From Octopus vulgaris (Eukaryota), in NCBI GenBank assembly GCA_951406725.2, contig OX597817.1:46872001-46936000 (forward strand): 64,000 bases of DNA, written 5' to 3'. The notes under the pieces are model-generated. The model had not been told where the DNA came from. It saw nothing but the letters and a program-made list of their open reading frames with translations, and did not search any database. Both the position numbers and the translations under genes were made by a program. Shown here in pieces: positions 14,321 through 27,329 of the stretch. Each line of letters opens with the position of its first letter. The stretch's first letter is position 1.

Positions 14321-14542
14321 GTGTAAATAACAACAAATAACAATTTTTTTATCTCGCAAACGATTTCTTCTTTCTGTGTGTATATGTGTGTGTGTGCGCG
14401 CGCGCGTGTGTCTGTGTGTGTGTTCGTGTGTGTGTGTGTGTGTGTGTGTTCTTGGCTTTTCTTGCTGCTGTTATCGTTATCGGTATTCTTCTTCACCTTC
14501 CTCTTCTTCCACTTCTTTTTCTTCCTCTTCTTCTTCGTCTCC

Positions 14543-14606
<64 letters not shown>

Positions 14607-14644
14607 TATTATTATTATTGTTCCTATTAATTATTTATTTTAGC

Positions 14645-14697
<53 letters not shown>

Positions 14698-14965
14698 ATT
14701 TTTTTTATTACTTTCTCTATACAAGATTAATGTTTGTTTTACACATCCACGAGTGTCCATGTCTGTATGTAAACGTGAGTCTAAGAGTATATTTATATCT
14801 GTCTGAACCTGTTGCTATATACGTTTGTGTATGTTGGCATCTGTATATGTATCTGAGTGAGGTAAGGGTTTCGATGTGTATATATTTGCGAGTGAATGTT
14901 TAGTCGACATTTTTTTCATTATTCGTTTATACATATTTCTATGTATATTCATTTAGTGAATAGCA

Positions 14966-15038
<73 letters not shown>

Positions 15039-15640
15039 TTTGTATCTATAATAATGTGTAATTATCGATGTCTTTCAGTGCCGTATGCCTCATCGCATGT
15101 ATATATGTGTGTGTGTGTGTGTGAATGTGTGTGTCCTTGTGCAAATATATATATGAATTTTTTGCGTTAGATTGTATTTGTAACTTGTATATATGTGCAT
15201 ATAATTGTGTGTATGCGTTTGTGTGTCTATATGCGCGCATGTGTTTGCGCGTGTGTTATAATTTAGGCGTTTCTATGTACATCATGTATAATGGAAGTAT
15301 ATATATACTACGATATTTTATTTTTACGAGTTCGTGTCTCTGTCCAACGTTATGTTCAAATGAGCATATCTGTATCTGTCTGACTCTCTTTCTGTCCATG
15401 AAAATACATATATACATGCACACACATGTAAAGTATTGTATATATGTGTGTATGTATGTCTTGTTTTCCATTTGTTTCTTTCGATGTTCTCTAAAATACT
15501 TCGTATTCCCTGTTTTCGTATTTCATGTTGTTTTCGTATCTTATGTTGTTTACGTTTTATATATGCATGTGTATATACATGTATATGTAAGTATGTACAT
15601 ATGTGCATGTTCATATACATATATATATATATATATATAT

Positions 15641-16009
15641 ACTCTTTTCTTTTACTCTTTTACTTGTTTCAGTCATTTGACTGCGGCCATGCTGGAGCAC
15701 CACCTTTTAGTACTTATTCTATCGGTCTCTTTTTGCCGAACCGCTAAGTGACGGGGACATAAACACACCAGCATCGGTTGTCAAGCAATGCTAGGGGGAC
15801 AAACACAGACACACAAACACACATATACATATATATACATATATACGACAGGCTTCTTTCAGTTTCCGTCTACCAAATCCACTCACAAGGCATTGGTCGG
15901 CCCGGGGCTATAGCAGAAGACACTTGCCCAAGATGCCACGCAGTGGGACTGAACCCGCAACCGTGTGGTTGGTTAGCAAGCTACTTACCACACAGCCACT
16001 CCTGCACCT
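15641..16009 (-). mobile_element. SINE family A (variant subfamily, ~40-bp internal deletion)
   Basis: Matches family A; shares diagnostic bases with 38399-38850. Confidence 0.9.
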
Positions 16010-16087
16010 ATATATATATATATATTATTTTTTTCATTATATGTATTATGTATGAATATATGTATGTATAAACACGCACGCGCATAT

Positions 16088-16443
16088 ACTCTTTTAATCT
16101 TTTAGTTGTTTCAGTCATTTGACTGCGGCCATGCTGGAGCATCGCCTTTATTCGAGCAAATCAACCCCAGGACTTATTTTATCGACCCCTTTTGCCGAAC
16201 CGCTAAGTTACAGGGACGTACACGCACCAGCATCGGTTGTCAAGCGATGTTAGGGGGACAAACACAGACACACAAACATATACACACACATGCTTCTTTC
16301 AGCTTCCATCTACCAAATCCACTCACAAGGCTTTGGTTTGCCCGAGGCTATAGTAGAAGACACTTGCCCTAGGTGTCACGCAGTGGGACTGAACCTAGAA
16401 CCAAGTGGTTGGTAAGCAAGCTACTTACAACACAGCCACTCCT
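16088..16443 (-). mobile_element. SINE family A
   Basis: Matches family A. Confidence 0.88.
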
Positions 16444-16454
16444 TTTAATTATTA

Positions 16455-16800
16455 TTTATTTCAGTGGTTCGACAGCGGCTATGCTGTTGGGACACTAGCT
16501 TGAAGGGTGTAGGCGAACAAATCAATCCAAGTCTGGTATTATTCTAGCAGACATTAATGCCGAACCGTTCAGTTACAGTGACATGAACAAACCAACACCG
16601 GTTGTCAATGGGCGGTCAGAGAACAAACACAAGCACATAGTTTCTCTAACACTCACACACACACAGATATATAAGCAGGGGTTCTACAAGTTTTCACCAA
16701 CCTAATTTACTCAATACGCATTGGTCGGGCCTAAGGTATTGCAGAAGTCGCCTAAGCAGCGAAGCAAAGGAAATGAACCCAAAACTGCGACGTTGCAAAT
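16455..16800 (-). mobile_element. old diverged SINE family A relative
   Basis: GCCGAACCG..AGTTAC, AACACCGGTTGTCAA and TTGGTCGG.CC motifs in family A order. Confidence 0.65.
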
Positions 16801-17339
16801 GTGCGTGTGTCTGTGTGAATGCATACATGTGGATTTGTACGTGCATATATACACCCTCATGTATGAATGTCTGTCTACGTGTATGGGCGACTGAGTTTCA
16901 TCTACGCATGGTGTATGTACACATGAGCGAAGAATTATAATCCGCAATTGCGAAAATACATTTAATGGATAGAGTTACCTTGGTGTATTTTTCTACCAAC
17001 TTGGATACACAGTTGTGTATCTCAATGACCTGAGTATGTATGCATGCGCGTGTGTGTGCGAGTGTGTGCGTGCGTATACAACTATGCATTTGTAAGCATA
17101 TATGTTTGAAGGATCGCGTATGATTGTTTTATGGTATATGCTAGTATCATATATGGGTTCATACACACTGGTATATATATATATATATATATATATATAC
17201 GAGCAAAACGCCCCCAGTCCAATGGAGGGTGCTGAGTTATCAAACATTTAAACCAAAGTTTCTCAAAACAACTTGTCCGACCATCCCATAGGCCTCCCCT
17301 TTGAGAAGCACTGATTTAACCTGAATTTGAGACACCAGC

Positions 17340-17572
17340 AAAAGAAGAAATAAAGATAGACTTTTTTTCTATTCCAAAGAAAAACGATTTTATTCACTTT
17401 ATCGATAAGCATTCTCACCTGGAATCGATTTTGTACTTTTTTTCAAAACTTATACACGGCCTAATACCGTCGGTATCGACATATCAAATTTGAGCGCAAT
17501 TGGATGGAGGATGCCCGAGATCATAGAAGACACACACGCACACACAGACAGAAAGGAATTTATATAATAGAT
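17340..17572 (-). mobile_element. non-autonomous Helitron-like fragment (5' end)
   Basis: CAAATTTGAGCGCAATTGG...ACACACAGACAG...TTTATATAATAGAT layout parallels the end of 47436-47799. Confidence 0.5.
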
Positions 17573-17573
17573 A

Positions 17574-17692
17574 GTCCCACTGCGTGGCACCTTGGTCAAG
17601 CGTCTTCTACTATAGCGTCGGGACGACCAAAGCCTTGTGAGTGGATTTGGCAAACGGAAACTGAAAGAAACCCGTCGTATATGTGTGTGCAT

Positions 17693-17750
<58 letters not shown>

Positions 17751-17950
17751 TGTTTGTTTATCACCCCAACATCGCTTGACAACCGATGCTGGTGTGTTTA
17801 CGCCCCCGTAGTTTGACGGTTTGGCAAAAGGAGAGCCGATAGAATAGGCACTAGGGTTACAAAGAATAAGTCCTAACGTCGATTTGCTCGACACAAGGCA
17901 GTGCTTCAGCATGGCCGAAGTCAAACTACTGAAACAGGTAAAAGAATAAA
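17574..17950 (+). mobile_element. SINE family A, 5'-truncated
   Basis: Starts within the B box (AGTCCCACTGCGTGGCACC); internal (GT)n; family tail. Confidence 0.88.
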
Positions 17951-18000
17951 ATAATATACACAAACATTATATGTGTGTATGTGTGTGTGCGTGTATGTAA

Positions 18001-18203
<203 letters not shown>

Positions 18204-18817
18204 TGTAGAATGGTAAGCAATTATATATATATATATATGTATGTATATATGTATGTATGTATATATAAATATGTGTGTGTAAGTATATATATATATACTT
18301 ACACACACAGGCTAATGTATCTGTAAGTAAAAATGTTTATATAAATGAGGGAGTATGTATGTATGTATGTATGTATGTATGTATATATGTATGTGTGTAT
18401 GTATGTATGTATGTATGTATGTATGCAGGGCTATGAATATATTCTTGTGTGAATATATATGGACAGTCTTTACACATAGCAATGAAGGAGATGTGTGCTT
18501 ATGTACGGTGAAGCAACTGGCAAATAAGTACTTTGTCAAACAACCATTCTGTTATATGCATAAAGAGAAATATTTTCTTAGCGTTCAACAATCGTCGTTA
18601 TATATTTTAGCTGGCATTTTTTTTATGCTTCGTCTGTTCTCCATATTTTTTTTAACTTTGCGTATGTATTTACATGTGTGAGGGCGAGTCTGCGTGTTAT
18701 GGTATATATATGCATCTATATTGTGCGTGTATCTACATTATATATACATTTAGATATATTTACATGTACATATATTTAGATAAGTGTGTGTGTGAACATA
18801 TAAATCTGTATAGATAC

Positions 18818-18849
<32 letters not shown>

Positions 18850-19156
18850 ATATATATATATGTGTGTGGTGTGTGTGTGTGTATATGCGTGAATATATAA
18901 ATCTGTATATATACATATATACATAAATATATATATATATATATACTACAAAATTAGAGAATGGAGAAACATACTTAAATCAATAAAGCATCAACTATCC
19001 GATGATACTCAATCCATACTTTAATACACCATTACATAGGAGTAAAGGCAATATATAAAATGAAATGAGATATACAGTAATAGTAAAAGTAAAAGTAAAA
19101 GTAAAAAGATAAAGAGATATAAGTAAAAAATTACAAATACAATATGCAAATAAATC

Positions 19157-19270
19157 AAAACTGACAGCTGTTTCGGCAGTGAGGACAGTCATACCTCATT
19201 TAACCTATAAGCCATAAAGGCAGGTATAAATGAGGCATTAACAAAGATGCCCCACGGCCTCTTCAGAGAA
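19157..19270 (-). ncRNA. hammerhead ribozyme motif with long stem II (PLE-type)
   Basis: Minus: CT-CTGAAGA-GGCCGTGGGGCA...TGCCTCATTTATACCT/AGGTTAAATGAGGTA hairpin...TGTCCTCACTGCC-GAAAC-AGCT-GTC-AG; stem I weak. Confidence 0.65.
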
Positions 19271-19610
19271 TTAAATTAAATTTGTTATAATAGTGAAAAA
19301 TATTATATAATCATATACATATAAATATAAAAATATAAAAAAGTAAAATATAAAAGCTTATACATCATAATGCTACACTTGTATAATATAATACATATTT
19401 GTACAAAAAGGAAGGTAACCAGAACAAAATAAAACAAAATATATAACAGTGTATATATAATATTAATAAGTACCGATATCATACATATTTAGCTAATAGT
19501 TTTTTTTATAAAAAAAGGGGCTAACACATATGGAGATGAAAAATAATAATAATTAAATCCGTGGTACAGTTCATAAAATTCTAAAGTTATAAGAGTTAAT
19601 AAAAATTACT

Positions 19611-19647
<37 letters not shown>

Positions 19648-19855
19648 GTAATAATAATAAAAAATAATAAAAATAGATACAGTTAAGTTATCACCAAGTC
19701 CATCCTTCCAAGATCGAAATAACTATGAGTTAAGAAATGCTGACCACTAGGTAAAGAAAATTTAGATTAATTCGATTGGCTATTGGTTTGAAATTTAAAT
19801 CACATATATACATATATATATATGTATGTATGTATATGTGCGAATATATAAATCC

Positions 19856-19889
<34 letters not shown>

Positions 19890-19939
19890 ATGTGTGTGTG
19901 CGTTTGTGTGTATATGTGAATATATAAATCTGTATATAA

Positions 19940-20004
<65 letters not shown>

Positions 20005-20977
20005 TATACGGTATATATGTACATAAAGGTATGTATATATACATATATATATAATACGTAGATAGACAGGTGAACATATATACATGTGTGTGTGTATGAG
20101 TGTCTATGTGTGTGTGTGTGTGCGTATTTACACATGCTATACACACAAATATATATACATATGCGTGGATGGGAGAGCGTGTAAGTGTTTTATCTGCTTC
20201 TTTTTTTAAACTTGCTTTCGTCGAGATTGAGTTATTTTCCGCAGCTTGTTAACTGTAAATGCATTTTTTTTGTCAGTGCTTCAGTAATCTTCTTTTTTTT
20301 ATTTTCAGCGTACATTGAAACACCGTCGACCTCTTATGAAAAATGGTTATGTAATAAAGCTGGATTTATATACATCGTGGGTTATTCGTAATTAAACGTC
20401 TTTGCAGCATGAATTATGAGCTATAAAACCAGTATAAGACATGAATTATGAGCAATAAAATACGCGTACAACGAGCTTTGCAAATCTTCGTCTGACATCA
20501 TCTACCAGAATATACTGCGTGTGTACGTGTATGTGCGTGTGTGCCTATAGGTGTATGTGTGCATGTGCTTGTGTGTGTGTGTCTGTGTGTGTGTGCTGTG
20601 AACTGTATACAAAGCTTATCTTGACAGGGGCCTCAAACTACGCATCTGACAAATTATCTTAGCAATATACACTTTTACGCATACAGGAGACACCATTTTA
20701 TAAGGAAGCCGGTAACACGTTTCTTGCTGTTTAATATAAATGATACGCCACTTATATTTCCATATTAGCTTCATCTATGAAGAGGAGTATTCTAAGTCCG
20801 TCTGATTGTAGCCATGACTGAAAACTTTGTCTTTGAGTACTACATGAATGAAAATTCCACCTTTGAACTCTATTTACATCTGATTGATTAATTGATTAAT
20901 TGATTGATTGACCGAATGATGAATCAGACAATCGATTTGTTTAATTGGCTACATAATTAACAAAATAATAAATAATC

Positions 20978-21383
20978 ACTTCTACTCTAGGCACAAGGTC
21001 CGAAATTTTGGGGAGGGCATCAGTCGATTAGATCGACCTCAGTACGTAACTGGTACTTAATTTATCGACTCCCGAAAAGATGACATGCAAAGTTAACCTC
21101 GGCGGAATTTGAACTCAGAACGTAAAGACGAGCGAAATACCGTTGAGCATTTCGCACGGCGTGCTAATGTTTCTTTTTTTTTTATTGCCTACAAGGAGAT
21201 AAACATAGAGGGGACAAATAAGGACAGACAAACGGATTAAGTCGATTACTTATTTAATCCACTCCGAAAGGATGAAAGGCAAAGTCGACCTCGGCGGAAT
21301 CTGAACTCAGAACGTAACAGCAGACGAAATACTGCTAATCATTTCGCCCGGCGTTCTAAGGAATTCTGCCAGCTCGCCGCCTT
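20978..21383 (-). mobile_element. SINE family B multimer
   Basis: Two core units plus head. Confidence 0.88.
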
Positions 21384-21469
21384 ATGATAAATAAATAAAA
21401 AATAAGTAGGACAGACCCAGAGCGCGCGCTTATTATTGACATAATGAATGTGGAAGACAGGTAGAATGT

Positions 21470-21660
21470 TTACCATGTCGGACAAAATGCTTAGCAATTT
21501 TCGTCCGGTTCTTTATGCTCTGAGTTCAAATGCAGCCGACGTCGACTTTGTCTTCAGCCTTTCGAGGTCGATAAAATTAAACAGTGTTGAGAACTGGGGG
21601 CCGGTGTAATCGACTAACCCCCTAAAACTGCAAACCGAGTGCCTCAATGTGAAACCACTA
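21470..21660 (+). mobile_element. diverged SINE family B
   Basis: GGACAAAATGCTTAGC, CTGAGTTCAAAT, GTCGACTTTG, GTCGATAAAATT. Confidence 0.7.
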
Positions 21661-21759
21661 TTGGCAAATTGACCCTCCCAAAATACAACAGACCAGGTCA
21701 CATCAAGTATCTAGCAAACCAAATACGAAAACAAAATTATTTCTATTTTATCTTCTTAG

Positions 21760-22068
21760 TTTCCTATTTCTTTATTGCCCACAAGGGGATAAACATAGAG
21801 GGGACAAACAACGACAAACAAACGGATTAAGTCAATTACATCGACCCCGGTGCGTAACTGGTACTTAACTTATCGACGCCGAAAGGATGAAAGGCAAAGT
21901 CGACCTCGGCGGAATTTGAACTCAGAACGAAACGGCAAACAAAATATCTGTTTCTTTACTACCCACAAGGGGCTAAACACAGAGAGGACAAACAAGGACA
22001 GACAAACGGATTAAGTTGATTATATTGACCCCAGTGCGTAACTGGTACTTATTTAATCGACCCTGAAA
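21760..22068 (-). mobile_element. SINE family B multimer, truncated by Dong fragment
   Basis: Two tail/core units. Confidence 0.87.
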
Positions 22069-22353
22069 GGTAACTAGAATGTGGAATCTAAAAACAGAAA
22101 CAATTCCTATCATAGCAGGTGCATAAGGCATGATAAAAAATATTCAGACAAATACATAACAAAAACACCAGGACTTACAAATATATATAACGTACAGAAA
22201 ATTGCACTACAAGGCACTGCACACATCCTACGCAGAACACTTTCAATACAGTAAGTATCAGAGCATCACAAGAAATCACAGCACATACGCAAGGCACACA
22301 GAGCTACGCTCGACAGTGAAGTGAAAGCACGCTATAAAAATAAAACTACTGAA
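22069..22353 (+). mobile_element. R4/Dong-type retrotransposon, 3' end
   Basis: VTRMWNLKTETIPIIAGA*GMIKK..PGLTNIYNVQKIALQGTAHILRRTLSIQ*; same 3' UTR as 6015-6368; followed by (AAT)n. Confidence 0.87.
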
Positions 22354-22361
22354 TGATAATG

Positions 22362-22431
<70 letters not shown>

Positions 22432-22439
22432 TGATGATG

Positions 22440-22590
22440 ACCACATTGGGAAACTATCTTAGGAATGAGAAGCCAGGTTCCAAATTCCGCAGGACACCTG
22501 ATGAAGGCTGGAGAATACATCAGCCGAACCGTTGTGTTAACAATAAAACAAGATGAGGACAAATAACCGTCAAATGTAAATAATGAAATT
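22440..22590 (+). mobile_element. hammerhead-containing element, second copy (head missing)
   Basis: TTAGGAATGAGAA.CCAGGTTC..AATT; ACAC-CTGATGA-A-GGCTG-loop-CAGCC-GAAC-CG-TT-GTGT at 22494-22537; tail matches 36346-36391. Confidence 0.8.
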
Positions 22591-22591
22591 C

Positions 22592-22746
22592 CTTCAGTTT
22601 CCGTCTACCAAATCCACTCACAAGGCTTTGGTCGGCCCGAGACTACAGCAGTAAGAGTCTTGCCCAATACGCCATGCAAGGAGACTGAACCCGGAACCAT
22701 AAAGTTTGGAAGCAAACTCCTTACCACACAGCCATGCCTGCGCCTA
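22592..22746 (-). mobile_element. SINE family A, head half
   Basis: Matches family A head and CORE. Confidence 0.82.
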
Positions 22747-23773
22747 TTCATTAAAGTTTCTGAAATTTTCCATTGCATTTCTTTCCTAAATAACGTAGTG
22801 TTATTAAAAAAGCAACAATAAACATTGTATGTCACCGACGCCATGATTGATTTTTCTAGAGTTAAGCTCCATTTTCAGCCGTTAATTCCTATCTTTAACG
22901 TGCAGGAACAGTCTTGCTTTATCGAAAAATAGACAATTCTTGTTGGAAAAGTTATTCCTTATTTTATTACTTCTATCTAATACGAGATAGCATAACTATG
23001 GTTAAGCTGTCACACTGCAATCTCGACACACTTCCATTTGGTAGGTGATTCTCAAAGCAATATAAACGACCGGTTGATAATTGCAATTCTTTGTAATGAC
23101 TCACCGACCCACCTAGATTCGTAAATGGAAACTGCTGTTACTGTCTCTTTTATATGTGACCAACCGCATTGTTCGGTGCGCCAGTCTTTCTACGAGAAAC
23201 GTAAAGGAAATATAAGATATAGTATTTACACGCACACGTTCATACACACACAGAACATCACATACGTACAACCACACATGTATACACACATAACGTATAT
23301 GTTTCCTTCTGTTTTTAATTATTTAAAGTATTCCTGTAAGGAAGGAATTGATTTCTAAGAAACATACAAAGCTCCATCATTGGCATGCAGATAACAATGA
23401 AGCGTCACATTTTGAACTTGAGAAACGCCTTGCATATTTTTACTGTTTCGCTCTCAGAATGTATTTCTAATGTCCGTGTTAACCATTTAATTTCTTTTTC
23501 TGAGAGCTCTACATTTTCCAGGTTGTCGTTGAGGCATTTATTTACAAAACCAAGACCACCATTATAAATGTGAATTTATAATCTGAGTATTGAAGCTGAC
23601 GGTTACGAATCCCTTGTCTATAATTATCCTCTTTCTCTTTGAGTTCCAAAGAGGGGCAACTAATCTCTATAACGATGCATAGAGATCAGCTGACCTGTCA
23701 CAAAGATATCCAGCCTGTTGTCTGCATTCGGTAGAAATATTACTAGAAATGTTCCACAAATGCTCCTTGAATA

Positions 23774-24122
23774 CAGGTGTTATACGGGAACTACTTCAAG
23801 TTTCATGCTCGAGTAGAACAGAAATCGAACCGAGTTGTATAGCATTCAGAGCACAAACCGGCACAATTTCAGGATCGGATGACATGGCTACTCCCTGACA
23901 AAATGCAAGAAAGAAGAAACAAACAAAAATGAATGCGACAACACTACGAGAAAACGTTAAGAAACGTTTCACGATCATTTTTCCCGTTTTTTTCTTGCTT
24001 TTTCTCATGGAGTAGCCATGCCACTTGATACTGAACGATTGTCGGATATTACACTATACAAACCCGTTCAATGATTGCACTGTCTGGACTTGAAACTTAA
24101 AGTAGCTCACATATAACTCCTG
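23774..24122. mobile_element. fold-back MITE (Tc1/mariner type)
   Basis: TA|CAGGTGTTATA...TATAACTCCTG|TA; ~140-bp imperfect inverted arms including CATGGCTACTCC / GGAGTAGCCATG. Confidence 0.75.
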
Positions 24123-24357
24123 TAAATTGTTTAAAATCTTAGATATTCGGAGGAATAATCTAATGAATATGTCTAAACGTTAGTGCAACAATAGTGACGA
24201 GGTAAAGAAAAAATTTTTTAATTAAATCAAATTAAAGGTAAAGGAAGATCAAAGAAACTTTAAGTAGGTAAGGGGATTTGATCGGTATCATTTCGATTAA
24301 ATTAATCTAGATAAACAAAAGAAACTGGTGATTATATTTAATGATTTCTTTTTCTTA

Positions 24358-25027
24358 TATTACGTTTAGATGTGTGTATTTGCTTGTGTGATTGTACTTA
24401 CTTGTGTATGATAGTATGATTGTATGTTGGTATGTGTGTGAGCGTGTATTTATGGAATTATATGGAAAACTGAGAGAGGGATATTAAAACTATAATTATA
24501 TAAAGGTTTCAGTTTTAAATTTTCTCCAAAAAGTGTGTCATGTTCTGTGTAATTTTATTAAATATGTACCAATATATTTCATATTGGTTTCTTTAAGGAA
24601 ATTAAAGTACGTATATGTTAGTGATTTGCTATTTTTGTATGTCTGTACATGTGTTTCAGTATATTTCAAATAATTCATTTATTTGCGTCGAATTTTAAAA
24701 GTCGACACAAATAAATTAATACAAATTCACTTAAGTAGCTCTACATACTTACACATACAAACACAACACTTGCATATATAAGTATTCAAATTCCTTAAAG
24801 AAACTTATATAAAACATTCTGTTACTTATTTGATAGAATTGCGCAGAAAGTAACACACATTTTTAAAGAAAAAAAAGTTAAACTGAAGTCTTTGTATGAT
24901 ATGCTGTTAATTTACCATGATAATATTCTCTCAACTTTCTTATTAACTCCATACAAATACTTTAACATACAAACATACGCACAAACACACAAACACATAT
25001 TCACACATAAGCAGGTGTAGATGTAAT
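24358..25027. repeat. old ~670-bp imperfect palindrome
   Basis: Centre ATTTATTTGCGTCGAATTTT|AAAAGTCGACACAAATAAAT (~24696); arm pairs GTTTCTTTAAGGAA/TTCCTTAAAGAAAC and AAAGGTTTCAGTTT/AAACTGAAGTCTTT. Confidence 0.75.
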
Positions 25028-25424
25028 TAACATATGCTCATGTTTCGTTTCTGCTTCTTGTCTTTAAGTTCCCAGGCAGTGTTTATGTTTTTAACCCTCT
25101 TCACACCACCAAATTGAATGGTATTACCCAGGTGCCGAAACAATAATGATATCTGTTTGGCAGCTGATGATAGGAATACATGTCTCATATAGCTTGTTGC
25201 TTGTGATTCTTCTATAGTTTGTTATCGCCGCATTGTTCTTCATTCTCGCATATTGAAGGTTTCTTGATTGTTTGGTCAATGGTTTTGTCATTTGTGTAAT
25301 AATTTACAGTGGTATTGTATAATTGTCCTTCATTAAGATTCTAATAACAACTAGAGTAATATTTCTTTCAGGGCGTATAGTTTAGGGAAATTTTGTTACA
25401 TACTAAAACAATCAGAGGCATATA

Positions 25425-25820
25425 TTCTTTTATTTGTTTCAGTCATTTCACTGAGGCCATGCTGGAGCACCGCCTTTAGTCGAGCAAATCGCCCCCAGGG
25501 CTTATTCTTTGTAAGGCTAGTACTTATTCAATCGATCTCTTTTGCCGAACCCCTCAGTTACGGGGACGCAAACACACGAACATCGGTTGTCAAGCGATGG
25601 AGGAGCGACAAACACAGACACAAACATATACATATATATATATTTATACATATATATATATACGACGGGCTTCTTTCAGTTTCCGTCTACCAAATCCACT
25701 CTCAAGGCATTGGTTTGCCCGAGGCTATAGCAGAAGACACTTGCCCAAGGTGCCACACAGTGGGACTGAACCCGGAACCATATGGTTGGTAAGCAAGTTA
25801 TTTACCACACAGCTACTCCA
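25425..25820 (-). mobile_element. SINE family A
   Basis: Near full-length match. Confidence 0.9.
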
Positions 25821-26566
25821 ATAAGTAAAACATAAATACATAGACTTACATTAAATGCACACTAAAGCAAACCAGCTGTATTTTAAGGGTTTCCCCCTCC
25901 CCTTCATTAATTCATCTGAAACAATACAGGTGCGAGCCCACAACCTACTTGACGGATCTTTGACCATTCACCTTTAATTTCAGAATATTTTTTTTTAAAT
26001 CCCATCGTATGTGTGCTTCCACGCGCTCTCTTGTTCTCTTTGGCAACTAGTATTAGCTTTTTTTGCGTTCTCGTACCTTAACAGTTGACCCCCACCCCCT
26101 CTCAAATAAAGGGGGAAAAGCTAGTAATAAAATAGTGCCAGACTTTAAAAGAATAAGTCCTGGAATTGATTTGATCGATTGACAAAACCTTTGGAAACGA
26201 TATCTCTGTATGGCTGCAGTCCAATGACTAAAAGAACAAATAAAACAGAAGTAAAGAATTTATATTATTATTTATTCAGAGCACGCATATATTACACGCT
26301 TGCTTTGTCACAGAGAAAGACGAAATAGATACAATGTAAGATTTTTTTTTATACAGAGTGATTACTAAAAATTAGAGGAAACGATTCCACGTCCTCCCCT
26401 CACCTTCCTGATGTCTCGTCTTCACGGCTGACTGATTCTGCACAAAACACTTTTTCCAGTTCCTCCCTCCCTCCCTGCCTCAATAATACCTTGGAATTTC
26501 CTACAAACTATGACCCACTAATTGTTCAAACTGAAACATCAAGTTTGTATCTATGTCACTACTTTG

Positions 26567-26995
26567 GGACGGAGCCGGATAGAAGTGGACGGAACCGGAC
26601 GGAGCCGGATGGAACCGGACGGAACCGGACGAAACCGGACGGAACCGGACAAAACCGAACGGAACCGGACAGAGCGGTGCAAAGCGGAGCAAAGCGGAGC
26701 AAAGCGGAGCAAACTGGTGGCTAAATGGGGGCCAAGCAGGGGCCAAGTTGGGTGAAGTGAATCGACGCGGGGCAAAGCGGTGCCGAAGCGGGGGCGAATT
26801 GGGGGCGAAACGGGAGTGAAGCGGAGGTGAAGCGGGGGCGAATCGGAGGCGAATCGGAGGCGAAACGGAGGCGAAGCGGGGGTAAAGAGAATAGACGCGG
26901 AGCAAAGCGGTGCGAAGCGGGGACGAAGCGGGGCGAAGTGGATCGATGCGGAGCAAAGCGGTACGAAGCGGAGACGAAAATGGTGCGAAGCGGGG
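26567..26995. repeat. GC/CpG-rich decamer minisatellite
   Basis: GGAACCGGAC x~8, AAAGCGGAGC x3-4, then GCGGGGCGAA-like units. Confidence 0.9.
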
Positions 26996-27285
26996 CACTG
27001 GGGTAGATGTAATCAACATAATTCCTCTGTCTGTCTTTGTTCGTCCCCTCTATGTTTAGCCCCTTGTGGGCAATAAAGAAACAAGAGACGTTAGCACGCT
27101 GGGCGAAATGCTTAGCGGTATTTCGTCTGCCGCTGCGTTCTGAGTTCAAATTCTGTGTTCGACTTTGCCTTTTATCCTTTCAGGGTCTATAAATTAAGTA
27201 CCAGTTGCGTACTGGGGTCGATCTAATCGATTCCCCGGACCACAAAAAATTTTTTGGGGCCTTGTGCCTTGAGTAGAAAAGAATA
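26995..27285 (+). mobile_element. SINE family B multimer, 5'-truncated
   Basis: Tail I joined to ACGTTAGCACGC head, then core and tail II. Confidence 0.85.
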
Positions 27286-27329
27286 TACAGAGAGACATAT
27301 CTGATGTTCATTATTTATCTCACATTCTA

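Noticed and set aside
26491-27149. Pro/Arg-rich ORFs over the GC array
   Set aside because: Open on both strands because of the repeat, and they run into a SINE.
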